Positions 63,381 to 64,000 of a stretch of DNA of 64,000 nt are shown here, piece after piece (position 1 is the stretch's first letter; each line of letters begins with the position of its first letter). The position numbers and the translations under genes are program-made. The notes under the pieces are model-generated. The model was not told the origin of the DNA and did not search any database. It was given only the letters and a program-made list of their open reading frames with translations. Location of the stretch: contig NC_043005.1 of assembly GCF_006345805.1 (NCBI RefSeq), positions 40,734,001 through 40,798,000 of the forward strand, given 5' to 3'. Source of the stretch: Octopus sinensis (taxonomy: Eukaryota).

Positions 63381-64000
63381 TCTGATGAGGATCAAAGAAT
63401 GAGCAGATAGGAACAGCAAGATAATCACCATAAATATGACAAACATCATTAACTGTAACATAATTAAACCCTAGCAAACTAAACCACAAACAGAGACAAA
63501 TCACAAGAATGGAAGATGGTTATGATAACACTGATTGATGGAATTTGTTTCAAAACATGTCTCAAAGACATCAGTTCTAACCAGAGAATACACAACAATA
63601 ACAAAATTACTAAAATAAAAAAAAAATTAAAAATGCCTTCTATTTGTCAAGAAAGTTCACAAGGTTTTCTATAGCACACATATTTAATCTTTTAGGATTC
63701 AGATTTTCAGATTAACCTTCACCAAAGGATTAAAAATAATCTCTTCTAATCTATGGTTGCTAAAAGTAGGTGTGTGTGTGAGTGTGTAAATGTTGCTGAG
63801 AAGTTGTGTGCCATATAGACTGTGAGGCAAACCAGGAAGCATAGCTTGTATTGGAAAATATTATATAACTACTCCTTGCTTATATATGTGATATATATGT
63901 ATATGACATATAATAAATATATATATATATATATACCCTCATCATTCAACCTCTGTGTTCCATGCAAGCAAGGGTGCAACTATACATATATATATATATA

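Overview
AT-rich, repeat-dense animal genomic DNA; the repeat families look like those of octopus (coleoid cephalopod), which is an inference. Two convergent intron-rich genes are present, both lacking their 5' exons in the window. On the + strand is the selenocysteine-specific elongation factor eEFSec (6 coding exons, 1160-17773). On the - strand is syntaxin 6 (6 coding exons, 46159 down to 28684). The rest is decayed Tc1/mariner transposons, RTE-clade LINE fragments and short elements sharing their 3' tail, tRNA-derived SINEs, TTAA-flanked MITEs and microsatellites. The main non-obvious features are: (1) a duplicated pair of box C/D RNAs in one eEFSec intron, with an identical guide complementary to the 5' end of U4 snRNA and a covarying internal hairpin; (2) a probable U12-type (minor spliceosome) acceptor in STX6; (3) inverted retroelement pairs around eEFSec exons; (4) a 35-bp hairpin upstream of the STX6 exons found. 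Homology calls come from recalled reference sequences, not database searches; repeat boundaries are approximate.
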